From assembly GCA_964542585.1 (NCBI GenBank), contig CAZIUI010000015.1:1164-65163 (forward strand): a DNA stretch of 64,000 nt. The letters run 5' to 3'. Source of the DNA: an uncultured Sphingobacteriales bacterium. GTDB lineage: Bacteria; Bacteroidota; Bacteroidia; CAILMK01; CAYYUA01. This document shows, piece by piece, positions 51,031 through 60,186 of this stretch. Under the pieces are notes generated by a model. It did no database searches. It was not told the DNA's origin and was given only the letters and a program-made list of their open reading frames with translations. Made by a program: the position numbers and the translations under genes. Position 1 is the stretch's first letter. Each line of letters opens with the position of its first letter.

Positions 51031-52542
51031 TTAACCATCCTTTACGCTTAGTCGGGAGGTTTTGACCTCCCTCTTGGGAAGGCTTATTAACAACAATCCT
51101 CCAAAGGTGATCAAGCCATTGATCACTAAAAGCTCAAAGCCTATCTCATAGCCTCCCAATAACAGGGGTGCCAAGTGGCCTACCAGATAGGTTAAAATGG
51201 GAGCAGCAATACAGACTAGGGGAATCAATCGATCACGGGGTTGATGGCACATGAATAGCCCAAAGCTGAAAAGGCCCAAAAGGGGACCATAGGTGTACGA
51301 TGCCGCATCAAAAATTTTACTGATCACGCTTTGGTCGTTCAAGTAGTGGAAAAACAAGATGATCCCTAAAAGAATGGTCGTAAAGCCAATATGCACGGCA
51401 TAGCGAATGTTGAGCTGATTTTTACTAGCTTGTCTTCCAAATCCTAAAAAGTCAACGCAAAAGGCTGTGGTGAGTGCTGCCAGTGCAGAATCCGCACTGC
51501 TGTACGCGGAAGCTGTGAGCCCTAGGATAAAGATGAGGCTTACCCCAAGCGGAAAATTTTCAAATGCCAATTGGGGGTACAGGTAATCGGATTTGTTAGG
51601 TATGGAAATTCCTTGATTGTTGGCATATATGTATAACAAGGCTCCAAGTAACAAAAAAACAAGCTTCACAAATACCAATCCCCCGGTGAAGGTGAACATG
51701 TTTTTTTGAGCATCCTTTAGATTGGGGCAGCTTAGGTTTTTCTGCATCATATCCTGGTCCAGGCCAGTCATAACAATAGCAATAAAGGCCCCGCTAAGGA
51801 ATTGTTTAGGAAAGAAATCCGGTGATTTATAGTTATCTAAAAAAAACACCTTTCCATACTGGCTTTCACTTACCCGCTGAACCATACCGTAAAGATTAAG
51901 GTCCATAACATTGGCTAAATAGAAGAGGGTAACCACCAAAGCTGTAAGCATCAGACCGGTCTGCATGGAGTCTGTCCATACTATGGTTTGAATGCCACCG
52001 CGATGAGTGTAAAGCCAGATGAGCAGCAAGGTGATGATGACAGCTACCACAAACGGAATGTTAAAAGGCTCGAACACAAAAACCTGGAAAACAATAGCTA
52101 CTAGGTAAAGCCTGAAAGCCGCGCCAATGGAGCGGGAAATCATGAAGAAAAAAGATCCGGTTTTATAAGAGGCTGGTCCAAAACGCTGATCTAAAAAACT
52201 GTAAATGGACGTTAGGTTCAGCCGGTAGTATAAGGGCATTAAAACCAATGCTATCACTGTGTAGCCAACGATGTATCCCAGCACCATCTGGAAGTAAGAG
52301 AATTGTGTATCCCCGACCCAGCCTGGGACCGAAATAAACGTTACCCCGGAAAAGGTTGTACCAATCATACCAAAGGCTACCACGTACCAAGGGGATTGGC
52401 GGTTTCCTAAAAAAAAAGCGGAATTGTCTGAATGCTGTTGGGAAGTTAAGCGGGCTATCACAAACAATAGCACAAAATAGCCGGCTACAACTGCGATAGT
52501 AAGGCCTGTAACAAGGGGGATACTAAAGATGGAATTTTCCAT
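51031..52542 (-). CDS. Sodium:solute symporter (SSF) family transporter
   Basis: About 13 TM helices. N-terminal ARLTSQQHSDNSAFFLGNRQSPWYV is typical of SSF proteins. Confidence 0.8.
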   Translation of the reverse strand: MENSIFSIPLVTGLTIAVVAGYFVLLFVIARLTSQQHSDNSAFFLGNRQSPWYVVAFGMIGTTFSGVTFISVPGWVGDTQFSYFQMVLGYIVGYTVIALVLMPLYYRLNLTSIYSFLDQRFGPASYKTGSFFFMISRSIGAAFRLYLVAIVFQVFVFEPFNIPFVVAVIITLLLIWLYTHRGGIQTIVWTDSMQTGLMLTALVVTLFYLANVMDLNLYGMVQRVSESQYGKVFFLDNYKSPDFFPKQFLSGAFIAIVMTGLDQDMMQKNLSCPNLKDAQKNMFTFTGGLVFVKLVFLLLGALLYIYANNQGISIPNKSDYLYPQLAFENFPLGVSLIFILGLTASAYSSADSALAALTTAFCVDFLGFGRQASKNQLNIRYAVHIGFTTILLGIILFFHYLNDQSVISKIFDAASYTYGPLLGLFSFGLFMCHQPRDRLIPLVCIAAPILTYLVGHLAPLLLGGYEIGFELLVINGLITFGGLLLISLPKREVKTSRLSVKDG

Positions 52543-52641
52543 TTATGCGAAGCACCGCTATTTTTACAAATCCCCAAATTTAACGGAATTTGTGGTTTAA
52601 CTGCAGATTAGAGAAATTTTAGAACTGCTAAATAGAGGGAA

Positions 52642-53247
52642 ATGGAGTACCCTTCCAAGTTGATAGAAGATGCGGTAAAGGCATTTGCGAAATTGCCAGG
52701 CGTAGGCAGTAAAACAGCCTTAAGGCTAGTATTGCATTTATTAAAAACAGATGACGAAAGCGCCAGAGGGCTGGGGCAGGCTATAATACGGTTGAAGGAT
52801 GAGGTCCAATATTGCCGTCTTTGTCATAATATTTCCGATGATGAACTGTGTAGTATTTGCCGGGACGCTGCCCGTGATTACACGGTGGTTTGCCTGGTTG
52901 AGGATATGCGGGATGTCATGGCTATTGAAAATACCGGGCAGTACACAGGGACGTATCACATCCTGGGAGGGCTGATTTCTCCTATGGATGGGGTTGGGCC
53001 TGAAAACCTGAACGTCCAATCCCTTATCGACAGGGTTAAAGAACAGGGAGTGAAGGAAGTCATTATGGCTATGAGTACCACCATGGAAGGCGACACTACG
53101 ATGTTCTACCTGTCTAAGCAATTACAGCCTTTAGGGGTTACCATTTCATCCATTTCGCGGGGTATAGCTATTGGTGGCGAGCTTGAGTATACCGATGAGG
53201 TTACCTTGGCCCGCTCTATCGCTGAAAGGGTTCCCTATGCTCAATAA
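52642..53247 (+). CDS. recR: Recombination protein RecR
   Basis: HhH N-terminus (LPGVGSKTALRL). C4 zinc finger CRLCHNISDDELCSIC. Toprim domain. 201 aa. Confidence 0.9.
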   Translation: MEYPSKLIEDAVKAFAKLPGVGSKTALRLVLHLLKTDDESARGLGQAIIRLKDEVQYCRLCHNISDDELCSICRDAARDYTVVCLVEDMRDVMAIENTGQYTGTYHILGGLISPMDGVGPENLNVQSLIDRVKEQGVKEVIMAMSTTMEGDTTMFYLSKQLQPLGVTISSISRGIAIGGELEYTDEVTLARSIAERVPYAQ

Positions 53248-53286
53248 AGCTTTAATAAAATCCTTGGCTAAGTACTTGGCTGCCTC

Positions 53287-55266
53287 ATGAAGAAGCTTTC
53301 CATTGTTCTGGTCAACTATAACGTCAAGTACTTTCTTGAGCAGACGCTGCTCTCAGTTAGGAAGGCGAACAATGCCCTAAAGCACACTTTCCCCAATGAT
53401 GAAGTTGAAGTACAGGTTGTGGATAACAACTCCTTGGATGGGTCTCGCCAAATGGTCAGGGAAAAATTCCCTGAGGTTAAGCTCATCGCTAACAAAGAGA
53501 ATGTTGGATTTGCAAAAGCCAATAACCAGGCTATAAGAGAAGCTTTTGCTGAATATATCCTGCTTCTTAATCCTGACACGGTCCTGGAAGAGGATACCCT
53601 TTATAAAGTCATAAGCTTCATGGACGAGCATCCTGAAGGCGGAGGACTTGGGGTAAAAATGGTTGACGGAAAGGGTGATTTTCTACCCGAGTCTAAAAGA
53701 ATGTTTCCATCTCCCGAAGTTGCTTTTTACAAGGTTTTCGGACTTTCAACCTTGTTCCCGCATTCCAGGACATTTGGTAAATATCACCTTGGGTATCTGG
53801 ACAAAGACGAAACGCATCCAGTGGATGTCCTTGCTGGCGCCTTTATGTTGGTTCGTAGTAAAGTTATAGATGAGATAGGAACATTGGATGAAACATTTTT
53901 CATGTATGGTGAGGATATTGACTTTTCTTATAGGATAAAAAAGGCTGGCTACGAAAATTACTACTACCCGCATACCCGCATTATTCATTACAAGGGAGAA
54001 AGTACCAAGAAGCATAGCATTAATTATGTCTTTGTCTTTTACAAAGCGATGATCATTTTCGCTAAAAAGCATTTTAGCCGGCAGAAGGCAGCTGTGTTTT
54101 CCGTACTGCTAAACCTGGCTATTTATTTCCGTGCTGGATTGGCCATTGGATACCGAATTGTCAAGCAATTAATCCTGCCTGCTTTGGATTATGGCTTGTT
54201 GCTGTTGGCCATGTATTTGGTAATATGGGAATATGCTGATGGCCCTATTATAGATCCACCTTACTACTTTCATCTTCCCACAGCTGCTATGATTTGGATT
54301 GTTGCAGCAGCACTAACCGGGAATTACCAGCAGCCGTTCTCTTTCTGGAAAGCATTCAAAGGAGCTTTTACGGGCACGCTTGGAGTGGCTACAGCCTACG
54401 CTTTTCTACCTGATGATTTAAAGGTGTTTCGCTTGATGATCCTAACAGGGGCTTTTCTCAGTTTTGGGGTCCTAATAGCAACCCGAATGGCCTACCAGAT
54501 TTTTATGTACAGCAACTTTTGGCTGGGCTATGAAGGCATCAAAAATATCATAATCGTAGGTAAAGTTGAAGAGGCAGAAAGGGTTGAGCGGTTGTTAGCG
54601 GATAGCCATGTTAAATTTACAAAAATTGGATTCGTAATACCCGAATATGGTGAAAAGACCGCTGAAGAGAAAGGTCCTATCTTAGGCTCTTTAAAACAGC
54701 TAGGGGAAATAGTGACCCTTTATCCTGTAGATGAAATTGTATTCTGCGCGAGCGATATCCCGTCCCAAACAATTATAAGCTGGATGGTCAGTATCCAGGA
54801 TCAAGGTGTCGATTTCAAGATTGCGCCGGAGGAGCGATTGTTCATTATTGGGAGTCACTCTAAAAATATGCCGGGTGATTTCTATACTGTTGAGATCAAA
54901 TTGGCTATTGGCAATACCAGTACAAGGCTTACCAAATACCTTCTAGACGCCATTACGGCTTTACTGTTATTGGTAACTTCGCCCTTTTACATTTGGCTAA
55001 TGAAAGCCAAAAAGGCCTATATGCGCACATTGTTTGAAATTTTAACAGGGAAACTAACCTGGGTCGGGTATCATGAATCCGGGGCCTACTATCACCTTCC
55101 TGCGATAAGAAAAGGGGTTTTTTCTCCAATACACGAGCTACCTTCCAGTGATTTAGACCAATCCGCGCTAGACAGGCTTAATTTTTTGTATGCCAGGGAT
55201 TATTCGGTAGAAAAGGATCTGAAAATTATTGCTCAAAACCTGCCTTTGTTAACCACTATAAAATAA
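53287..55266 (+). CDS. Fusion protein: N-terminal GT2 glycosyltransferase + WbaP-like polyprenyl-glycosylphosphotransferase scaffold (TM helices, CoA_binding_3-like Rossmann domain, C-terminal Bac_transf-like domain with catalytic core apparently missing)
   Basis: GT2 start LSIVLVNYNVKYFLEQTL plus DxD-type motifs. TM block 54100-54500. NIIIVGKVEEAERVERLLAD...ILGSLKQLGEIV...VDEIVFC resembles the WbaP N-terminal Rossmann domain. The C-terminus LLDAITALLLLVTSPFYIWLMKA ... LFEILTGKLTWVGYHE ... YARDYSVEKDLKIIAQNL parallels the Bac_transf anchor helix, the LPQLFNVLKGDMSLVGPRP segment and the terminal DLKIL motif, but lacks the intervening GPxxFxQxRxG...KFRSM...DE core. Confidence 0.65.
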   Translation: MKKLSIVLVNYNVKYFLEQTLLSVRKANNALKHTFPNDEVEVQVVDNNSLDGSRQMVREKFPEVKLIANKENVGFAKANNQAIREAFAEYILLLNPDTVLEEDTLYKVISFMDEHPEGGGLGVKMVDGKGDFLPESKRMFPSPEVAFYKVFGLSTLFPHSRTFGKYHLGYLDKDETHPVDVLAGAFMLVRSKVIDEIGTLDETFFMYGEDIDFSYRIKKAGYENYYYPHTRIIHYKGESTKKHSINYVFVFYKAMIIFAKKHFSRQKAAVFSVLLNLAIYFRAGLAIGYRIVKQLILPALDYGLLLLAMYLVIWEYADGPIIDPPYYFHLPTAAMIWIVAAALTGNYQQPFSFWKAFKGAFTGTLGVATAYAFLPDDLKVFRLMILTGAFLSFGVLIATRMAYQIFMYSNFWLGYEGIKNIIIVGKVEEAERVERLLADSHVKFTKIGFVIPEYGEKTAEEKGPILGSLKQLGEIVTLYPVDEIVFCASDIPSQTIISWMVSIQDQGVDFKIAPEERLFIIGSHSKNMPGDFYTVEIKLAIGNTSTRLTKYLLDAITALLLLVTSPFYIWLMKAKKAYMRTLFEILTGKLTWVGYHESGAYYHLPAIRKGVFSPIHELPSSDLDQSALDRLNFLYARDYSVEKDLKIIAQNLPLLTTIK

Positions 55267-55306
55267 AAGGCCTTAACTTGGATAAATTCCAGCTAAGGCC
55301 TTTAGC
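55262..55306. terminator. Bidirectional terminator hairpin between convergent genes (GT2-fusion and rpoD)
   Basis: AAAGGCCTTA-(18 nt loop)-TAAGGCCTTT is a 10-bp perfect stem at 55266-55303. The plus-strand 3' side ends in TTT. The minus-strand 3' side reads TTTTATTTTAT. Confidence 0.5.
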
Positions 55307-55332
55307 AATAGATAAGAAGATATTAACGTAGG

Positions 55333-56199
55333 TTAAGCCCCTAGATAGGATTTTAACAAGCGACTCTTAGAGGATTTGCGTAACTTACGTAAAGCTTTTT
55401 CTTTGATTTGTCTTACCCTTTCACGGGTTAGGTTCACCTTCTCGCTGATATCTTCGTAAGAATGAGGGGCATTACCTTCAAGCCCAAAGAATAATTTAAC
55501 AATCTCGCGCTCTTTGTCTGCTAGCAGAGAAATAACGCGGGTAATTTCCTTTTGTAATGATTCATGGAGTAAATCCACATCCGGATTAGGCTCTTGATGG
55601 TTGGGTAGCAGCGTTAAAAGGTTAGCATCTTCATCCTCATTGATTGGTGCGTCTATCGAAAGATGGCGGCTAGAAGAGCTGAGGGTAGTCTCTACTTCCT
55701 GTCCGGGCAGATCTAACTTTTCAGCAATTTCGGAAGTGGTTGCTTCCCGTTCATATTTTTGCTCAAGCTCAGCTGCAGCATTCCCGATTTTACTTAAAGA
55801 ACCAACCTTATTTAGTGGTAATCTCACTAGGCGGGACTGATCGGCAAGCGCTTGCAGAATGGATTGCCGAATCCACCAAACAGCATAAGAGATAAACTTA
55901 AAACCACGGGTTTCATCAAAACGCTGAGCAGCTTTGATAAGCCCTAAATTCCCTTCATTGATAAGGTCCCCTAATGTAAGGCCTTGGTTTTGATATTGCT
56001 TGGCGACAGAAACTACGAACCGAAGATTAGCGGTTACCAATTTTTCAAGGGCTGCTTGGTCATTTTCCTTAATACGCTTCGCCAACTCTACTTCCTCACC
56101 CGGAGAGATCATTTCAACCTTACTGATCTCATTTAGGTACTTGTCCAATGACTTGTTCTCTCGGTTTGTAAACTGCTTGCTAATTTTAAGTTGTCGCAT
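55333..56199 (-). CDS. rpoD: Primary RNA polymerase sigma factor RpoD/SigA (compact Bacteroidota type)
   Basis: Regions 2-4 recognisable ([13 protein letters not shown]; region 4 [31 protein letters not shown]). 288 aa with no long region 1.1, as in Bacteroidota sigma-A. Confidence 0.85.
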   Translation of the reverse strand: MRQLKISKQFTNRENKSLDKYLNEISKVEMISPGEEVELAKRIKENDQAALEKLVTANLRFVVSVAKQYQNQGLTLGDLINEGNLGLIKAAQRFDETRGFKFISYAVWWIRQSILQALADQSRLVRLPLNKVGSLSKIGNAAAELEQKYEREATTSEIAEKLDLPGQEVETTLSSSSRHLSIDAPINEDEDANLLTLLPNHQEPNPDVDLLHESLQKEITRVISLLADKEREIVKLFFGLEGNAPHSYEDISEKVNLTRERVRQIKEKALRKLRKSSKSRLLKSYLGA

Positions 56200-56466
56200 G
56201 TTTCTAGTCGCTTTTTTCTCCTTTTAAAATTTAACAGAACCAAAATCCCCAACAATGCTTTTCTACTAAATAGTTCTTAAAAACTTAAATCTTTCTTAAA
56301 GATTGATTTTTAAGGTATAAAAGCATTTTGCTAAAAGACTGTATGAAAATTGGTGTTATTGTCACCAATTAAATTTTACAAGTTATTTTTTAAAAAGTTC
56401 ACATTCGTAAATCTAACTAAAACTGATCCAAGGCCTATGAAGATTTTTCCCTTGACTGAATGATTT

Positions 56467-56474
56467 TAATTTTG
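56467..56474 (+). promoter_or_regulatory. Bacteroidota-type -7 promoter element (TAnnTTTG) for pheS
   Basis: TAATTTTG at 56467-56474, 6 nt upstream of the in-frame ATG at 56481. A TTG sits ~12 nt upstream of it, which is shorter than the usual -33 spacing. The motif lies inside the ORF-track start (56460), which supports the downstream start codon. Confidence 0.3.
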
Positions 56475-56480
56475 ACCGAT

Positions 56481-57479
56481 ATGTTGGCAGACCAAATAGA
56501 ACAACTCAAAGCCGAGGTCCGTAATTTTCAGCCTGGCTCGTTAGACGAACTGGAGAATTTCCGCATACAATACCTTGGGCGAAGAGGGGCGATCACACAG
56601 CTCATGGAAACTTTTAAGAACCTCCCTTCAGCTGATAAAAAGACCTATGGAAAAGAGGTGAACGCCTTGAAAGCCGAAGCCCAGCAACTTATTAAGGACC
56701 ATAAAGACCGGCTTGAAGAAGAGGCGCTGACTAACGAATCGGCGCAAAATGATTTAACGCTGGATCCAGCCCCGGTTCCACTTGGCGCCAGGCACCCCAT
56801 AAGTGTGGTTATTCAGCAGATCAATGATGCTTTTAACCAAATTGGTTTTGCCATCTCTGACGGACCCGAATTAGTGGATGATTGGCATAATTTTACCGCC
56901 TTAAATATTCCACCTCATCACCCTGCCAGGGATATGCAGGATACCTTTTTTACAAGTGAGGACCAATCCACGATGTTGCGGACCCACACGTCTTCCGTTC
57001 AGGTGGCCGTTATGCAAAACCAATCCCCGCCTATTCGTACGATAGCCCCTGGGCGTACCTTTAGAAGGGATAGTGACGCCACGCACTCTCCTTTCTTTCA
57101 TCAGATTGAGGGGCTTTATGTGGATGAAAATGTTAGCATGACGGATCTTAAGCAAACGCTTTATTATTTTGTTCGTCAGATTTTCGGGGAAGACATCCAG
57201 GTGCGTTTCCGGCCCTCTTATTTTCCTTTTACAGAACCATCCGCTGAGATGGATATCCGCTGGGAAGGAAGTGGTCCGGAAGATTGGATGGAAATCCTGG
57301 GGTGTGGGATGGTTGATCCAGAGGTGTTCAGGCTTTGTGGCATTGATGAGGAACGTTACACCGGTTATGCCTTCGGTATCGGTATTGAGCGGATAGCCAT
57401 GCTCAAATATCAAATACCAGATATACGGACTTTTTTTGAAAATGACGTACGCTTTCTTTCCCAATTCAAAAGTCTTTAA
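56481..57479 (+). CDS. pheS: Phenylalanine--tRNA ligase alpha subunit
   Basis: Class II aaRS motifs HPARDMQDTFF, FRPSYFPFTEPSAE and GFAFGIGIERIAML. Start set to Met 56481 (MLADQIEQLKAE). Confidence 0.9.
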   Translation: MLADQIEQLKAEVRNFQPGSLDELENFRIQYLGRRGAITQLMETFKNLPSADKKTYGKEVNALKAEAQQLIKDHKDRLEEEALTNESAQNDLTLDPAPVPLGARHPISVVIQQINDAFNQIGFAISDGPELVDDWHNFTALNIPPHHPARDMQDTFFTSEDQSTMLRTHTSSVQVAVMQNQSPPIRTIAPGRTFRRDSDATHSPFFHQIEGLYVDENVSMTDLKQTLYYFVRQIFGEDIQVRFRPSYFPFTEPSAEMDIRWEGSGPEDWMEILGCGMVDPEVFRLCGIDEERYTGYAFGIGIERIAMLKYQIPDIRTFFENDVRFLSQFKSL

Positions 57480-57487
57480 ACAGTTTT

Positions 57488-58351
57488 ATGGAGCTGACAA
57501 CAATTGATCAGGTAGCCGTAGTAGGAGCCGGTACAATGGGGGCTACCATTGCCCAACTTGCTGCCCAGAGCGGAAGGCAGGTTTACCTGTACGATATCAA
57601 GGATGAGGCTATTCAAACTGCGAATAATCGCATTCATGAAAACCTTGATGGAGCTATTAAGCGACAAAAAATCACAGCTGATGATAAGGAGGCCGCCCTC
57701 AACCGGATAGTATTTACCACTTCCTTTAGTGAGGTAAAAGGGCAACTAATCGTTGAAGCGATTGCTGAAGACTTTTCTGCCAAGCAATCCCTTTTTGAGC
57801 AGCTTGCTCATCAAAATGAAGCATCAACCATTTTTGCCACCAACACCTCCTCAATTCCGATTACTCGACTAGCAGCTGGAAATCAAAATCCGGAGCGCGT
57901 GGTAGGCATGCACTTCTTTAACCCTGCACACGTCATGAAGCTAGTAGAAGTTATCTCCGGAAGTGCTACTGATCCTCAGGTGGCTAAAGCGGTTTATCAA
58001 CTTGCTCAGGAAATGGGAAAAGAGCCCGTGCATGCAGTGGATTCACCGGGTTTTATTGTTAACCGCATAGCCAGGCATTTTTATGTAGAAAGCCTTAAAA
58101 CCTATGAAGAACAAGTGAGCACCGTTGAAGGCATTGATCGGCTTATGGAAGCAACGGGTTTTCGCATGGGACCTTTTCAACTGATGGACCTTATTGGGGT
58201 AGATACCAATTACGATGTAACCCGCACCATCTACGAGGCCTTTCATTATGATCCCAAATTCCGCCCAAGCCTTGCGCAGGAAAGGAAGGTGGAAGCCGGC
58301 CATCATGGCAGAAAAGCCAAAAAAGGCTTTTACGATTATACGGGAACTTAA
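57488..58351 (+). CDS. 3-hydroxyacyl-CoA (3-hydroxybutyryl-CoA) dehydrogenase
   Basis: NAD-binding VAVVGAGTMGATIAQ. 3HCDH N- and C-domain pattern (MHFFNPAHVMKLVEVI, PGFIVNRI). Confidence 0.8.
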   Translation: MELTTIDQVAVVGAGTMGATIAQLAAQSGRQVYLYDIKDEAIQTANNRIHENLDGAIKRQKITADDKEAALNRIVFTTSFSEVKGQLIVEAIAEDFSAKQSLFEQLAHQNEASTIFATNTSSIPITRLAAGNQNPERVVGMHFFNPAHVMKLVEVISGSATDPQVAKAVYQLAQEMGKEPVHAVDSPGFIVNRIARHFYVESLKTYEEQVSTVEGIDRLMEATGFRMGPFQLMDLIGVDTNYDVTRTIYEAFHYDPKFRPSLAQERKVEAGHHGRKAKKGFYDYTGT

Positions 58352-59964
58352 CCCTTGTAAACCGGTTCAGCCCTCTTTTGGAATGCATAGGGGCTGGCTC
58401 GATTCATAGCATCCGCTAAATCAGCTGGATACGGGGGATGATGTAAACTCCCTGATTCTATGTAGGGAAAGAGGTAATCCAACCGTCTGACCTCACTTGC
58501 CGTAACCCTGCGTTCAATAAACGTCCGGTCGATTTCCTCTATGGTGCATACACCAGCGCTTGCCATAAGCTCTTTCACGCTTTTGATGGTATCCCGGTGA
58601 AAATTTTCTAAACGATCCTTTTTTTCTTCCACCACTAAGCCCCTTTTAAGCTGGGGGTTATGGGTGGTAACTCCCGTGGGACAGGTGTTGTTGTGACACC
58701 TTAATGCCTGTATACACCCAATCGCCATCATCATCGCTCTGCCGCTGTAAACCGCATCAGCTCCAAGGGCTATAAAGCGGATAATATCAAATCCAGTAAC
58801 TGCTTTTCCGGCAGCAAATAGCCGGATATCTGACTTTAGTTCAAAACCTACCAATGCATTGTAGGCAAATGCTAAACCTTCAACAATGGGCATACCTACA
58901 TAATTGGAAAACTCCATAGGTGCTGCCCCTGTGCCTCCTTCGGAACCGTCAATCGAGATGAAGTCCGGCTTAATTCCCGTTTCCACCATGGCCATGCATA
59001 TGGAAAAGAATTCTTTCTTGTGCCCGATGCAAAGCTTAAAACCAACCGGTTTACCATCAGCGCCTTTTCTTAACTGTTGAATAAACTCCAGCAATTCAAT
59101 AGGAGCACTGAAAGCTGTGTGATAAGGCGGTGAAATGACATCTACATGGGGCTCAATCTGCCGGGCTCTGGCAATGTCCTCGTTGTTTTTCATCGCGGGA
59201 AGAATGCCTCCCTGGCCGGGTTTAGCCCCTTGTGATAATTTCACCTCAATCATTTTTACCTCAGGCCTGCGGGCATTTTTACAGAATTCGTGATAGTCAA
59301 AACAGCCGTCTTTGCCCCGACAACCGAAATAGCCTGTTCCAATCTGCCAAATAAGGTCCCCGCCATAGTGCAGGTGGTAGTCACTTAACCCGCCTTCACC
59401 AGTATTCTGCGCAAAGCCCCCTTGTTTTGCACCGCCATTAAGAGCCATGACCGCACGGTCGCTCAGGGACCCATAGCTCATTGCGGATACATTAAGGATG
59501 CTGGCTTCGTAAGGCTGCGTACAATCCGGGCCGCCTACTTTTGTAGTTAGCGATATTTGATCCGGTTTTGTTGGTAAAGCTGAGTGAAGAAGCCAATCAT
59601 AGCCCTCTTTGTAAAAATCGAGTTTTGTACCAAAGGGTTCTTTATCCAGGTCTCCTTTTGCTCGCTGGTATATGATAGACCGGCTAATACGGTTAAAGGG
59701 GCGGCCATCAATATCGGACTCCACAAAGTACTGGTTGATTTCTGGTCGGATTCCCTCAAATATATACCTGAAATGCCCGATAACTGGAAAGTTACGAAGA
59801 ATGGTGTGCTCGTTTTGGAGGCTATCCCGTATGCCAAGTATCACCAACGGGATGATCACTACATAAGCCCAAAGCCAGCTTGGGCTTATTAAATAAGCCA
59901 CTGCCGCAATTCCTGCTATAATGAAGCCTAAAAACAAGAAAAATCCCCGAATCAAAAAAGGCAT
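58348..59964 (-). CDS. Membrane-anchored FMN-binding glutamate-synthase-family (GltB domain 2-like) protein
   Basis: N-terminal TM helices. Glu_synthase signature IDGSEGGTGAAPMEF and the downstream FMN/Fe-S region. Ends overlap the upstream gene by 4 bp. Confidence 0.75.
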   Translation of the reverse strand: MPFLIRGFFLFLGFIIAGIAAVAYLISPSWLWAYVVIIPLVILGIRDSLQNEHTILRNFPVIGHFRYIFEGIRPEINQYFVESDIDGRPFNRISRSIIYQRAKGDLDKEPFGTKLDFYKEGYDWLLHSALPTKPDQISLTTKVGGPDCTQPYEASILNVSAMSYGSLSDRAVMALNGGAKQGGFAQNTGEGGLSDYHLHYGGDLIWQIGTGYFGCRGKDGCFDYHEFCKNARRPEVKMIEVKLSQGAKPGQGGILPAMKNNEDIARARQIEPHVDVISPPYHTAFSAPIELLEFIQQLRKGADGKPVGFKLCIGHKKEFFSICMAMVETGIKPDFISIDGSEGGTGAAPMEFSNYVGMPIVEGLAFAYNALVGFELKSDIRLFAAGKAVTGFDIIRFIALGADAVYSGRAMMMAIGCIQALRCHNNTCPTGVTTHNPQLKRGLVVEEKKDRLENFHRDTIKSVKELMASAGVCTIEEIDRTFIERRVTASEVRRLDYLFPYIESGSLHHPPYPADLADAMNRASPYAFQKRAEPVYKG

Positions 59965-60186
59965 AAGTTTTATAGCTTACCGTTCAAATGACGAAGTTAA
60001 AGTCAGCTACTCATTTGCAGGCAATTATTGTAATAGTTTACAGGATGGTATTGTTCGAATGTTAAGGAATTATAAAGCCTCCGTTTGAGTTAGGTTTAGG
60101 GTGACCTAAATTTGCAAATGATCCAAAAGCAGGCTTACTCCTTTGGCTATTGATCAGGATATGAAATATTTAAAGCTGTATATTCA

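Noticed and set aside
57169-57396. ORF 57169..57396 + and 56901..57464 - inside pheS
   Set aside because: They are out-of-frame or antisense to a gene with unambiguous class II aaRS motifs.
59547-59892. Overlapping ORFs 59547..59837 -, 59584..59892 + and 59672..59866 + within the GltB-like gene
   Set aside because: They are internal to a CDS with a clear Glu_synthase signature and have no independent motif support.
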